DNA of 64,000 nt from Heptranchias perlo (taxonomy: Eukaryota), in NCBI RefSeq assembly GCF_035084215.1, contig NC_090362.1, forward strand, positions 16,554,001 through 16,618,000, written 5' to 3'. A program made the translations under genes and the position numbers. Below are positions 26,757-38,200 of the stretch, in pieces. Each line of letters opens with the position of its first letter. Position 1 is the stretch's first letter. Under the pieces are notes generated by a model. The model saw only the letters and a program-made list of their open reading frames with translations. It was not told where the DNA came from and made no database searches.

Positions 26757-27099
26757 CAAATCCCTCCATGGCCTCGCCCCTCCCTATCTCTATAACCTCC
26801 TCCAGCCCTACAACCCTCCGAGATCTCTGTGCTCCTCCAATTCTGGCCTTTAGAGCGTCCTCAATTTTCTTTGCTCCACCATTGGCGGCCGTGCCTTTAG
26901 CTGCCTAGGCTCTAAGTTCTGGAATTCCCTCCCTAAACCTCTCTACCTCTCTCCTCCATTCAGATGCTCCTTAAAACCTACCTCTTTGACCAAGCTTTTG
27001 GTCACCTGTCCTAATATCTCCTTATATGGCTCGGTGTCAAATTTTGTTTGATAAAGCTCCTGTTAAAGGCGCTATATAAATGCAAGTTCGTGTTGTTGT
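26757..27099 (+). mobile_element. L2 3' fragment
   Basis: Reverse complement of the 2207 and 60947 copies. Confidence 0.8.
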
Positions 27100-29960
27100 T
27101 CCAAAGATTGATGCTGGGACCTCCATTGTATCTATATGAATAAAAATGGTTTGGACATAGGCACAAGAGGCTTGGTATTGAAGTTTGGTGATGATGCCAA
27201 ATTAGGGAGCATGGCAAACTGAGGAAGAGCGTAGGAGGTTACAGGAGGATATAGCCAGGTTAGTAGAGTAGCCAGTTAGGTGGCAAAGGAAACTTAATGC
27301 AGAGAACTAAGAAGCAACACATTCTGGTAAAAAGAACAGTGAAAGAAAGTCCACCTTAAATGGTGAGATTCTTAATAGAGTGGAGGAACAAAGAAAACTA
27401 GAAGTGGTTATAAAAGGCCATAAAAACATAAGGTTTTATATATATATACACACACACAGGGGAAGATACCACAGTCAGGTCAGAATAGCACTTATTGGCT
27501 CGGAATGTCCTGAGAATCTATGGCGTACGCCATTATTATAGAGCGGAAGTTCCAGGAAATGTTGTCGTAAGTGACTTACACCCTTGCTTACACCACTTGA
27601 TAATCTCCTGGAAATTTTGCACCACTCCACCCCGACCCTGTCCAAAAAACTGTGAGAAATCAATTAGCATAACTTTGCAGTAGCAACGGCAGGGCAATAC
27701 ATGGTGACCCTTAGCAAATCTAACCCCCCCCCACCCTGGCTTCCCACCGCCCACTCCAAAGAATCGATACTGTTGTAATGAAACAAGTAAGTATTGTCAG
27801 TGTATTGGAGCACTCATTGCTAAATGTAACATTTATTGATAATTTTATAGGTATAGTGTCTTCAGTTTGATACAATTTTAACACAGCCTCAACAGTTTTG
27901 GTTCTGCAATGTCCCGTTAATGATAAAAGTTAAAAGTAAATTCTTCCTCTACAATTAGTGCCTTCTCAGTCTAGACCTTGTGGTCCATGCCATGTAGCGA
28001 GGGCAATTTAAATGTGGTGACCAGAAAAACACCCCAGAGATTGCACAGCAATTGAAACAATAAAGATCGATGTTTCACCAAAGCGGCCCTGACAGCCTGT
28101 GAGCACTATCGCTGTTCAGTGGCCATTGGCTGCATCGTTGCGGCAAATCCTAATCAGTTCTCCAGCAAATTTTGGCGTAAATTTGCCGCTGGAGGATTGG
28201 GGCACACGACAATCTAATTTATCACGTTCGTCCCCAATTTCACCATTCCAGGAAATCTGGATTTTTTTTTTCTGCTTTACAATAGCATGGCCTGGTTGCA
28301 CAGTAGAGATACCACATTACTTTGTTTAAAAAAAAACTAGTATCCTTTAAAAAACAGTGAAAGCAATGAGACCTCCTAGTTTCTGAGGGTAACTTTTAAA
28401 ATGAAGGTCATCAATGTTAAGGAATGGATCATTTCTCACTCTGCAACTACTGTCAGTATGAAGTACTCTTAAAGTGAGATCAAGGACAAAGCTCCTTGTC
28501 TCAACAAATAGAACTTAACCCAGCTCCAGATGAGCTTTCCCTTGCCTATCCACGCCACTGAACCATTGCTGTGGCTTCTCCGGGTGATTAACGCAATTAA
28601 CTTTCACCAGGTTTGAATGTATTGTCCCTTTTCCACTATGGCGGCTGAAGGGAGATGAATTGGAAAGTGATCTCACGGAAAGGTTGATAAAGTACGTCAC
28701 AAAATCCCAAGACAATTAATTTAAATCATTTCCTCACAGCTAAAAATCTACAAATAGAATATTGCAAGCCAGTCACTGCACTGAACAAATATTTACACTT
28801 GGGACGCAGACCATAACCCACTCAAGATTTCAACGCTCTTGAATGAATAAGCTTAGTCCTCCTCTGCCTCGAAAAGGCTAGGGAACAAATGGAATATTTG
28901 AAGAAGTTCAGTGCATGTGCAAAGCCGTCAAGAGACTTTGGGACACCCTCGGGTCGTGAAAGGCGCTATATAAATTCAAATCCTTTTAGTCCTTTAAGAT
29001 GAGGGAACTGTTAGGAGTGGGATGTATGATCAAAAGGAATGAGAGAGACATGACAAAACCCGCTTAAGCACATGGAGCTGGGCATATTTTTAAGAGCGAG
29101 ATGCATTAAATCGGCTATATTTTTCCAACCAAAATTAATGAGAGTTTTGCAGGTGTATACCTCAAGAAAACAACAACCTGCTTTACAAGGCTGAGAGGTG
29201 AGCAACAAGCAGGAGATGGGAAAAAGCAAGGTGGAAAAGGATAAATGTACGGTCGGAGAGATAGGGTTTTTAAGAGCAGGGAGGCAGCAAACAAAGTGAT
29301 TATGGGAGAGTTCCAAAAGCAAGGGTGTAGTGACTGAAATATTGGCCTCTGCTAGTGGAAAATGATTGCCATGTTTACCTACTGTCACTGCGTTCCAAAG
29401 TAATTCATTGCATGCAAAGTATTTAGGATGTTTCCAGAGTCAAGTTAAAGTGCTATATAAACGCAAGCCTGTCTTTCTGTTTCCTTGGGATATGAAGCAT
29501 GGGCGGTGACAGGCTGCTGTGTATCTGTCAAAGGCCCCAGAGACATTTAGCCATGGCTTCGATCGCTGTGAGCGGGGACGAGCTGTGGGGTTAGTCTTTC
29601 ACATGTGCAGCTGTTGGATGGGGGACAGATCAAGGAAGCAGATGAGTTGTCATCCAGAGACACAAGTGATGCCTTCCATGCCCATTCCACACCTGTTCCA
29701 CCTATTGGGTAGATCAAATGAGATTACAGAAGCCCCTATTAATACCTTCCTTAATTCAATCTCCTAGCCTGTCTAAAGAACAATCCAAGATCTGCATGAC
29801 AATAGTATGACCATACCTGAGAGATGATATTACAATGTCTGTCACAGAGAGAGAGGAGGGGCTACACTGCAGGTAGCCCTGGACTTGCAACATGCTCCTT
29901 GGCAGCTTCCAACGTTTCTAACATCAGAACACCACACTGACAGGTTGCATAATGCTCCAC

Positions 29961-30284
29961 ACTAGCTGCCTTTGGATGAGACGTTAAACCAAGGCCCCGT
30001 CTGCCCTCCCAGGTGGACGTAAAAGATCCCATGGCACTTTTTCAAAGAAGAGCAGGGGAGTTATCCCCGACGTCCCGGCCAATATCCCTCAACCAACAGC
30101 ACTAAAACAGATTATCTGGTCATTATCTCATTGCTGTTTGTGGGATCTTGCTGTGTGCAAATTGGCTGCCGCATTTCCTACGTTACAACAGTGACTACAC
30201 TTCAAAGTATTTCATTGGCTGTAAAGCTCTTTGGGATGTCCTGAGGTCGTGAAAGGTGCTATAGAAATGCAAGTCTTTCTTTCT
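29961..30284 (+). mobile_element. 5'-truncated SacSINE1/DeuSINE-like SINE
   Basis: Body and tail as in other copies. Confidence 0.8.
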
Positions 30285-32906
30285 ATGCTGAAAGCTGCTA
30301 AGCACGCTCTCCAATTCCTGTAGCAATTCTAAATGCTCAGAAAGCATCCTTCTATCAAAAGCTGGGCTCTCAAAGTGTGTGTGCAAATCATCATTAAAAA
30401 GAATGGCCACAAGCTGACCCTCTGAATACCTGATTCCTGTTTCTCCGGGGCCAATGTCACTTGGTCCTACTCGTCTGTGCTCTGTGTACCACCCGCTGCA
30501 CTGTTTCCAAATTTGTTCCAAAGTCCTACAGGGTCGATGTTCCTAAGCTGGTGCTTTGCAGGATTAGAGTGAGTAACGGTACCTGTTCAGAGGTGCTTTC
30601 TTCTGGCCCCCAACTCCACTTCGTGTGCCATGCCTAGAGTTAGAAAAGAACAACAAAGAGTTAAGGTGCAGCCTCGGTGGCAACTCAGTCAGTATGCTTT
30701 CTGCAGATAGACGGACCAGGAGGTGAGCAGCATCTGCTTTGAGTGAGTGAGTGAACAAATGGAAATAAAGAATGGAAAGAGTTGGGCACATACTCTGAGC
30801 TGGGACCATGTCTTCTGTTTCACCATCCCCTACTTTCTCCATATTGTCCATATTGTCCATGCCCTGAATGTCTTGGGCTGCCTCCTCAAAAGGTGTAATG
30901 GAACTGTGGCTGGGGTTGGCGCAGTGGGGGATGGCTCCTTAAGCTGTGTGGCTTCTCTCCCTCTGGTTATGTGCAGTCTTCTCCTGCAAAAGAAGCAGAA
31001 GGGGCTGAATAGGTTGGCATACTTACCCGCGTATTGGCCTGCTGCCCAGGTCGGACATGGTTGCAAGATTTCCTCTCCGAACAAGACGTCAATTAGTCTG
31101 AACCCGGAAGCTCGTTGGGCTCAGCAGTCATGGACTCAGGCAGATGTCATGCCCGTCATGCCCACCTTCCTCCAGTAACAACACCTTAAATAAAAATTCC
31201 AACCTCCAACCATCTGCCCACTTACTGTCCTCCTGGTTTCCAAATGGTAGAAGTGCTTCCAACTCTTTGCTTTTACTGATAGCCAGCTGAAGTGTTGAAC
31301 TGTACCATTTTGTGGGACAATAACCTCATTCCCATTGTGAAGCATTTCCATCATGTTGTCAGCGAGCTGTCTTCAAATATTTTTTTTCCTGTTGTTTTTG
31401 TGAAATTATTAGGTTAATTTTGTTGATTTTCATGAAAGTGTACCAAAAAAATTGGTATTTAAATTTTCTTCCGTTTAGTTACTTCCTTTTGTTTTCCATT
31501 TTGTTCCTCGAATCGATCTTCCTGTCTTTAATGTTTGTTTGAATCGTACTTTTATATTCAATTTAATTTTGACTTCTTTTACAACACACACTGCAACCAC
31601 CTATCTGAACTTACTGTGAGGCAAAGTTGTCCGCAAGATATCACCTGATCGTACAAGCCGCTAACATCAATCTTGATTAAAAGCATTAAAAAATGAAGTA
31701 TTTTAATCTAAGATTTAACTTTGTACTGGCTTCTTTAATTTAAAATAAAATTCATTCTCAGGATTATGGGCATCGCTGGCAAGGCCGGCCTTTATTGCCT
31801 ATCACGAGTCACCCTTGAGACGGTGGTGATGGGCCTTCTTCTTGAACTGCTGCAGTCCGTGTGGTGAAGGTACTTCCACAATGCAGTTAGGTATGGAGTT
31901 CCAGAATTTTGACCCAGTGACGACAAAGAAAAGGCAATATATGTCCAAGTCGGGATGTTGTGTGACTTGGAGGGGAACTTGGAGGTGATGGTGAACCCGT
32001 GCGCCTGCAATAATCCATGTCCTTCTCGGTGGTGGATATTCTGCGAGCTACTCTTTTCTCAGGAATCCAGCACAAAGATATAAATATTAAATGCTAATTT
32101 AAAGATGGTGTTCCTATACACCCACTGCCCTTGCTTCAGGGTTAGAAACCAAATTCACTGCCAGAAATCGAGTTAACTTGCTGCAACATTTAGAAAAACG
32201 TTAATTGCTTTTTATATAAAAAATACTAAGCAGTCAAATGCTCACCTCCAGGCTGTTCCAGCGATCGAAAGGGAAAAATTCTGGAGAAGCCCCATTGATT
32301 GCTGTGTCAGCAGACCAATCTTGGAGCCAATCCAGAAATCATGCTGGATATGTAGATGGGGAGAGGAAGGGAAATGGAGTGAGTTTGGGATTGAGCTGAA
32401 CAGGGATTGAAGCATATCCAGTCAGCAGCTTGCTATTCTGGAGGGTGGAAGACTTTGGATTAACTTCCAGATCGGCCAAGCTTGTGACCCTCTGCACCAA
32501 CCCCCGCGCCCCCCCCCAACCTCCGCCATAACAATCAAACAACAGCTCTGAAATGCATCAGACAGCTTCCCATCAGTGACATCACCAGAGTAGCCTAGCA
32601 ACAATTAGATCTGACGCGAAAGGTCTCCTTATGGGTTAGACATCAGGGTTTAGCTTCTACTGGTAGTGCACTAGTTAATGCATTCACATAAAACTCTCTT
32701 CGACACTCCTAGTACTCACCCGAAATCCAATGTGCACTACTACTGTGCAAAGCTCTGCGCCTGAAGCTCGAGAAACAAAATGTTAACCCATTCTTTTAGA
32801 ACCAAGTATTATGTTTTATGTACTCTGGACACTTGCCAGATGAAAAGCTACTAATTATAAAGATCTAACTTTGCTTGATAAAAGTGCAACATTATTTCTA
32901 TACCTG

Positions 32907-33768
32907 TGTTAGACTCGAATTTTTGGAGTGAAACCAGACGGAGACGGAACTGCTGACCAAGTTAAAGTTTATTAGAAAGCTTTGTGCACAAAGGGAGAGT
33001 GGTAAGCTTCCTCAAGCTCGCACCTAACTCTCAGAGGAACATCAGCACTACAAGCATGTTTATACCTTTCAACAAGCAACACCCACCTGACGTGAAAGGT
33101 GAGGGTACATGTTTACATAACTACAGTGGGTTTCATTGGGTGGTATAGTCTGCCACTCACTTGTCAGGGGCTACCTTGGGTCATCCCATGACATTAAACA
33201 TCTCACATTCCTGAGGAGGACCCTTATCAGTAAACACATAAGTCCCAGACATTGAGACTGCACGGGGGTCTTCACAAAGTCCTGATCAGCTCATCCCTTA
33301 CTCCCTTTTGTGCTGGGGTGACCTTGGAGGAGGAGCAGTGGATATCTCCAAGGTCACCCCAGCACAAAAGGGAGTAAGGGATGAGCTGATCAGGACTTTG
33401 TGAAGACCCCGGTGCAGTCTCAATGTCTGGGACTTATGTGTTTACTGATAAGGGTCCTCCTCAGGAATGTGAGATGTTTAATGTCATGGGATGACCCAAG
33501 GTAGCCCCTGACAAGTGAGTGGCAGACTATACCACCCAATGAAACCCACTGTAGTTATGTAAACATGTACCCTCACCTTTCACGTCAGGTGGGTGTTGCT
33601 TATTGAAAGGTATAAACATGCTTGTAGTGCTGATGTTCCTCTGAGAGTTAGGTGCGAGCTTGAGGAAGCTTACCACTCTCCCTTTGTGCACAAAGCTTTC
33701 TAATAAACTTTAACTTGGTCAGCAGTTCTGTCTCCATCTGGATTTGCTCCAAAAATTCGAGTCTAACA
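32907..33768. mobile_element. 862-bp foldback element: 423-bp inverted arms, TGT..ACA ends, 4-bp TSD CCTG
   Basis: 32907-33329 is the reverse complement of 33346-33768 (about 7 mismatches by eye); 16-nt spacer; CCTG at 32903-32906 and 33769-33772. Confidence 0.9.
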
Positions 33769-34873
33769 CCTGCAATAGATAAGCAATAAGAGTATTTAAT
33801 CTTTATCCATTAGCAATGCCACAGGAAATCCATTTAATTATATTTTTGCATTGTTACATGGCCATTTGTTCCCATGGATCAATTACACTATTTTACTTAA
33901 ATCTTTTTGCCAATTATTTTTGTCTTTACAAAATTTATTTTCTGCAACCATTTGGGAATCTGTATTTAGGTTTTTTTAAAAAAAGACACCCAACCGAAGG
34001 GAAGAGTAAGAGACTTGTGGAAAGGAGGAGATCGACAAGAGAGAGGAGGAGAAGCACAACAGCATAATTTGGAGTGAAGTAGATAGGCACGCAGAAAGAG
34101 AGTGTGTGAAACACAACAGAAAAGCAAGTGAAAGACATGGGGGAGCCATACTATAGCAGGGAAAGAGAAAGTGTGAGTGGAACACAAACAGGAGGATAAA
34201 AAGTGACAGAAGAAATGAGAGTAGGTAATAAGTAGATAGTTCCAAGAAAAGATAATTGGTAATAGAACCAGAGGCAACACAGGGGAAAAGTTTATGATCT
34301 GGAATGCACAGCCTGAAAGGGTGATGGAAGCAGATGCAATAGTAACTTCTAAAGTGAATTGGATAAATACTTGAAGGGGAAAAATTTGCAGGGCTATGGG
34401 GAAAGAACAGAGGAATGGGACAATTTGGATAGCTCTTTCAAAGAGCTGGCACAGGCACAATGGGCCGAATGGCCTCCTTCTGTGCTGTATCATTCTATGA
34501 TTTTAAGAAAAGAAATTGTCTGTGAGCAATGCCACAATGAGTGGATTAGGAAAAGGTAAAATACCGTAAGTTAATGAAAGGGAGAGACATATAACATCAA
34601 TAAATAGTTTGAGTTACACTTTCATGGTTTTTCATATCATCTGGACCTTTGATTACATTACTGCTTATCACTCAATTCTGCACTTACAATTTACTGCAAT
34701 AATATACTTACAGAAGGGGCTATGATTCATTGTGCACAAACACATAGATCTCTGAATTTATTTACTTTGCATCTGTGGAAATGCCGGAAATGCAGTGAAA
34801 AGAAAGAGAACATGAACCAAGGGATAGCACAATTTAAACAAACGAAAATCTCGCAATGCAGTTATACACAGTG

Positions 34874-34879
34874 TTTATT
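34874..34879 (-). terminator. Candidate polyadenylation signal of SORD-like gene
   Basis: AATAAA on minus about 100 nt after the stop; second copy at 34757-34762. Confidence 0.55.
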
Positions 34880-34982
34880 GCAGAAGGACAGTTGTCTGGG
34901 AGAAGTACATCACAGTGTTTGAGGCCTGTTCTGAGGGGACACTTATACAATGGTCAAGAATGTTAACGCGCAAAAAAAAAAA

Positions 34983-35223
34983 TCAGAAGAAGCTGTGCTG
35001 GGGGCACTGTCTTGTTTGGCATTGTGACTGTGGTTGTGAGCATTGTGATTGCGGGCACAGTGATGGGCACTGCTGTGCTTCACAATTCACAAGCACTTTG
35101 ATTCCTGCACCTTTCTTTACCACATCAAATGCTTCCAGGGCCTGCTCTAGAGGGAAACGATGTGAGATCAGAGGCTTTACATCCACCTTCTTTGAAGCTA
35201 TCAGAGCGATTGCAGTGGGCCAC
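34983..35223 (-). CDS. SORD: SORD-like exon 9 with C-terminal extension
   Basis: [79 protein letters not shown]. Confidence 0.95.
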
Positions 35224-38200
35224 CTAAAACAACAAGAATAGGAAGAGGTAACAAACAATAAGTTCATCATCATAGTGCTGCACTCTACACTTCCATCAAG
35301 TGCTAGCCTTGGCTCAGTGGCTATCACTCTTGCCTCTGAGTCCGAAGGTTGTGCATTCAAAGTCCCACTCTAGAGACTTAAAGACAAAATCTAGGCTGAC
35401 ACTCCAATGCAGTACTGAGGGAGCACTGCACTGTCGGAGTGTGCCGTCATTTAGATGAGACGTTAAACCGAGACCCTGTCAGGTGGACGTAAAAGATCCC
35501 ATATCACTATTTCTAAGAAGAGCAGCAGACTTCTCCCCAGTGTCCTGGTCAATATTTATCACTAAAACAGATTATCTGGTCATTATCACATTGCTGTTTG
35601 TGGGACCTTCCTCTGCACAAATTAGCTGCTACATTAAAGCAGTGATTACATGTCCAAAAAAAAAGTACTTTATTTGCTGTAAAGTGCTTTGGGACGTTGT
35701 GAAAGGTGCTATAGAAATGCAAATCTTTCTTTCTATTTTTTATCGATAAAAGTTAAGCACACTTCTATTCATTATTTGCCTCCTGTTATTTATTTATTTT
35801 TAAAAACATTTTCACCTTTAATGGCTTCATAGCAGTTCCACTGAGTAACCCTCATGTCCCAACATCTGAAAGCTGTTTTGTTGTCTAAATGGAAGTCCTT
35901 ATGTTATGAAGTCTGCTCTTCCAGTGGATCCATGGTCCTCCGATGATCAACAATAACCCTGATTTGCAGTAATCTGCAAACCAGCTTAAATGTGAACTCC
36001 TTTTCTACCATTCCCTCCGATGTTGGACATCAAAATGCCCGATTTTCGAGCTACAATAACTAATGTATTTGTTTACAATTTAGAGAACACAACAAGCCAC
36101 TGGTGTTGGGCCATACCAGGATATCCAAAAATCAACCATAAATCTCCTCAGATATATCCACAAGGAGTTAAGTATCTCTTTTGAATCATCTGATCAAGTG
36201 AAGGTGAAGACCATTTTGCTGTACATACTTTCTTGATGAACCTCCACAAATGAAGCCTTTTTATCCATTATCAGGCCAGCACAATCAGTCTCCATGTTAA
36301 ATTGTCCCTACCACAAACCAGCAGGGACTGCTGAAGGAGAAAACCTTCTGAAAACCTCCCAGAAGAGCAAGAGTATCAGTGAAGTTGTAGTGAACATAAA
36401 GGCAAATAACAAGGGCTTTCCCTCAGCACGTGGGTAAAAGAATTCTTGAAGTACATGTGAGGCCATCTTGTACTTGAGCATAAATAATTAGTTGTAAAAG
36501 AAACAATTGCAAGGGCGTTCTGGAATCTGAATCCAGGCAGGCTATCTCTTGCACCTAACGGGGCAAGTCGATGTATCTTCCTTTCAAGTCTCAGCTCGTG
36601 ATCTGAAACCTGCCGTGGAATATTGCACTTTGGTGGTTCTGGTTTAGCACATAGCATTAAGAGAGATCCAGGCACCGGTCGTCAATCAAGCTTAGCTAAT
36701 CTCACAGTTCGGCGAATGGATCTCCAATTTCCTCTTGTAGGTGGCAAGCCATTTTGAAGAAATAGTTGATCTCTCTTCCTTCTATCTGTCACCTCACATA
36801 TTAGAATAGCAACAGTGGTTCTACTCTTTTAAATTGAACGATAAGGAGACACTGGATTGCCCCCGTGTCATCAAACAAAAGTGCCCACTTTTAAAGGGGC
36901 ACAATAGAAAACAAAATCATTAAATACAAAGGAAACTTTTACACCATCCATTACGCACTCCAGTCCCTGCGGTGTCCACCGGTCGCGGAAGGCCTCAAGC
37001 ATACTGGCAGACAACCGTGTGCTCCTTCTCCAGGGCCACCCGGATACGGAGAAAGCCGCGGAAGAGAGGCAGACAGTCAGAGCGACCGCCCCCACCTGCT
37101 GTGTCCTACCTGGGCCTGTAGATGGCCACCTTGGCCAGGCCCAGGAGCAGACCCACGAGGCGGTCCTCTGACTTGCCCGCCGCCCACCCCCCCCACCCCC
37201 CCAATGCCCACAAATCAGGAACGTGAAACTGAAGTGGAACCAGAAGTTGAGGAGCAACCCCTTTAAATTATGGAACAGGGGACTGTAACCTCTCAGACTC
37301 CATATACACGTGGAAGATGGTACGGTAGCATACGGTTATGTTACTGGACTAATAATCCAGAATCATGAGTTCAAACCCTACCAGGGCAGCTGGGGAATTT
37401 AAATTCAATTAATTAAATAAAATCTGGAATTTAAAAAAAACTAGTATCAGTAATGGTGGCCATAAAACTACTGGATTGTCATAAAAACCCATCTGGTTCA
37501 CTAATCCCCTTTAGGGAAGGACACCTACCGTCCTTACCTGGTCTGGCCTATATATGACTCCGGACCCACAGGATTGTGGTTGATTCTTAATGGCCTAGCA
37601 AGTCACTCAGTTGTACAATCTTGCTACAAAAAGTCATCCAGGTCCTAAAAGTTAGAGGTAGCCTGGGAGTCCATGAAGTGACTTAAAAGTCTATTTGATG
37701 GAACGACTCCGTGCAACACTCTCCACCCCATATCCCCAATGGTGCAGGGGCGGACTCCCACGTAGACAGGATCAGTGGTTCTACTGTGTACATGCCTGTA
37801 GGGTTCTGATATGGGCCTAATCTGTCTGTCAGTCATGCCAGATAATTCCAAGATATTTGCCCAAGTGGCTTGTAACATGTTGCCCTTTCAGAATATCTTT
37901 TTAGCAGTAAACCCACAGGATTAGTGAAAGGTCATTCCAGCCATCTCACAGCTGCTTCAAGGAGGTCTCTCAAGCAGATGTTCATTAACAGCACCTGCAA
38001 ACCAGCTCCCTGCAGTGATCCCTATACCTTTACTGAACCTTACTGTTTGGATTTAGAAGCTGGATAAGCACATGAGAGAGAAAGGAATAGAAGGATATGC
38101 TGGTAGGGTTAGATGACGAGGGGTGGGAGGAGGCTCATGTGGAGCATAAACGCCGGCATAGACCAGTTGGGCCGAATGGCCTGTTTCTGCTGTAGACTCT

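Noticed and set aside
33816-34559. Overlapping ORFs up to 175 aa
   Set aside because: They arise from a purine-rich low-complexity tract and a CR1 3' fragment; no protein motif or splice support.
35304-35380. tRNA-like sequences with A/B boxes (also near 1620, 24480, 40630, 43360, 44680)
   Set aside because: They are SINE heads continuing into SINE bodies, not tRNA genes.
35800-36800. Unique-looking intronic stretch with protein-like fragments on minus
   Set aside because: Multiple stops in all frames and no family I can recognise; would need BLASTX.
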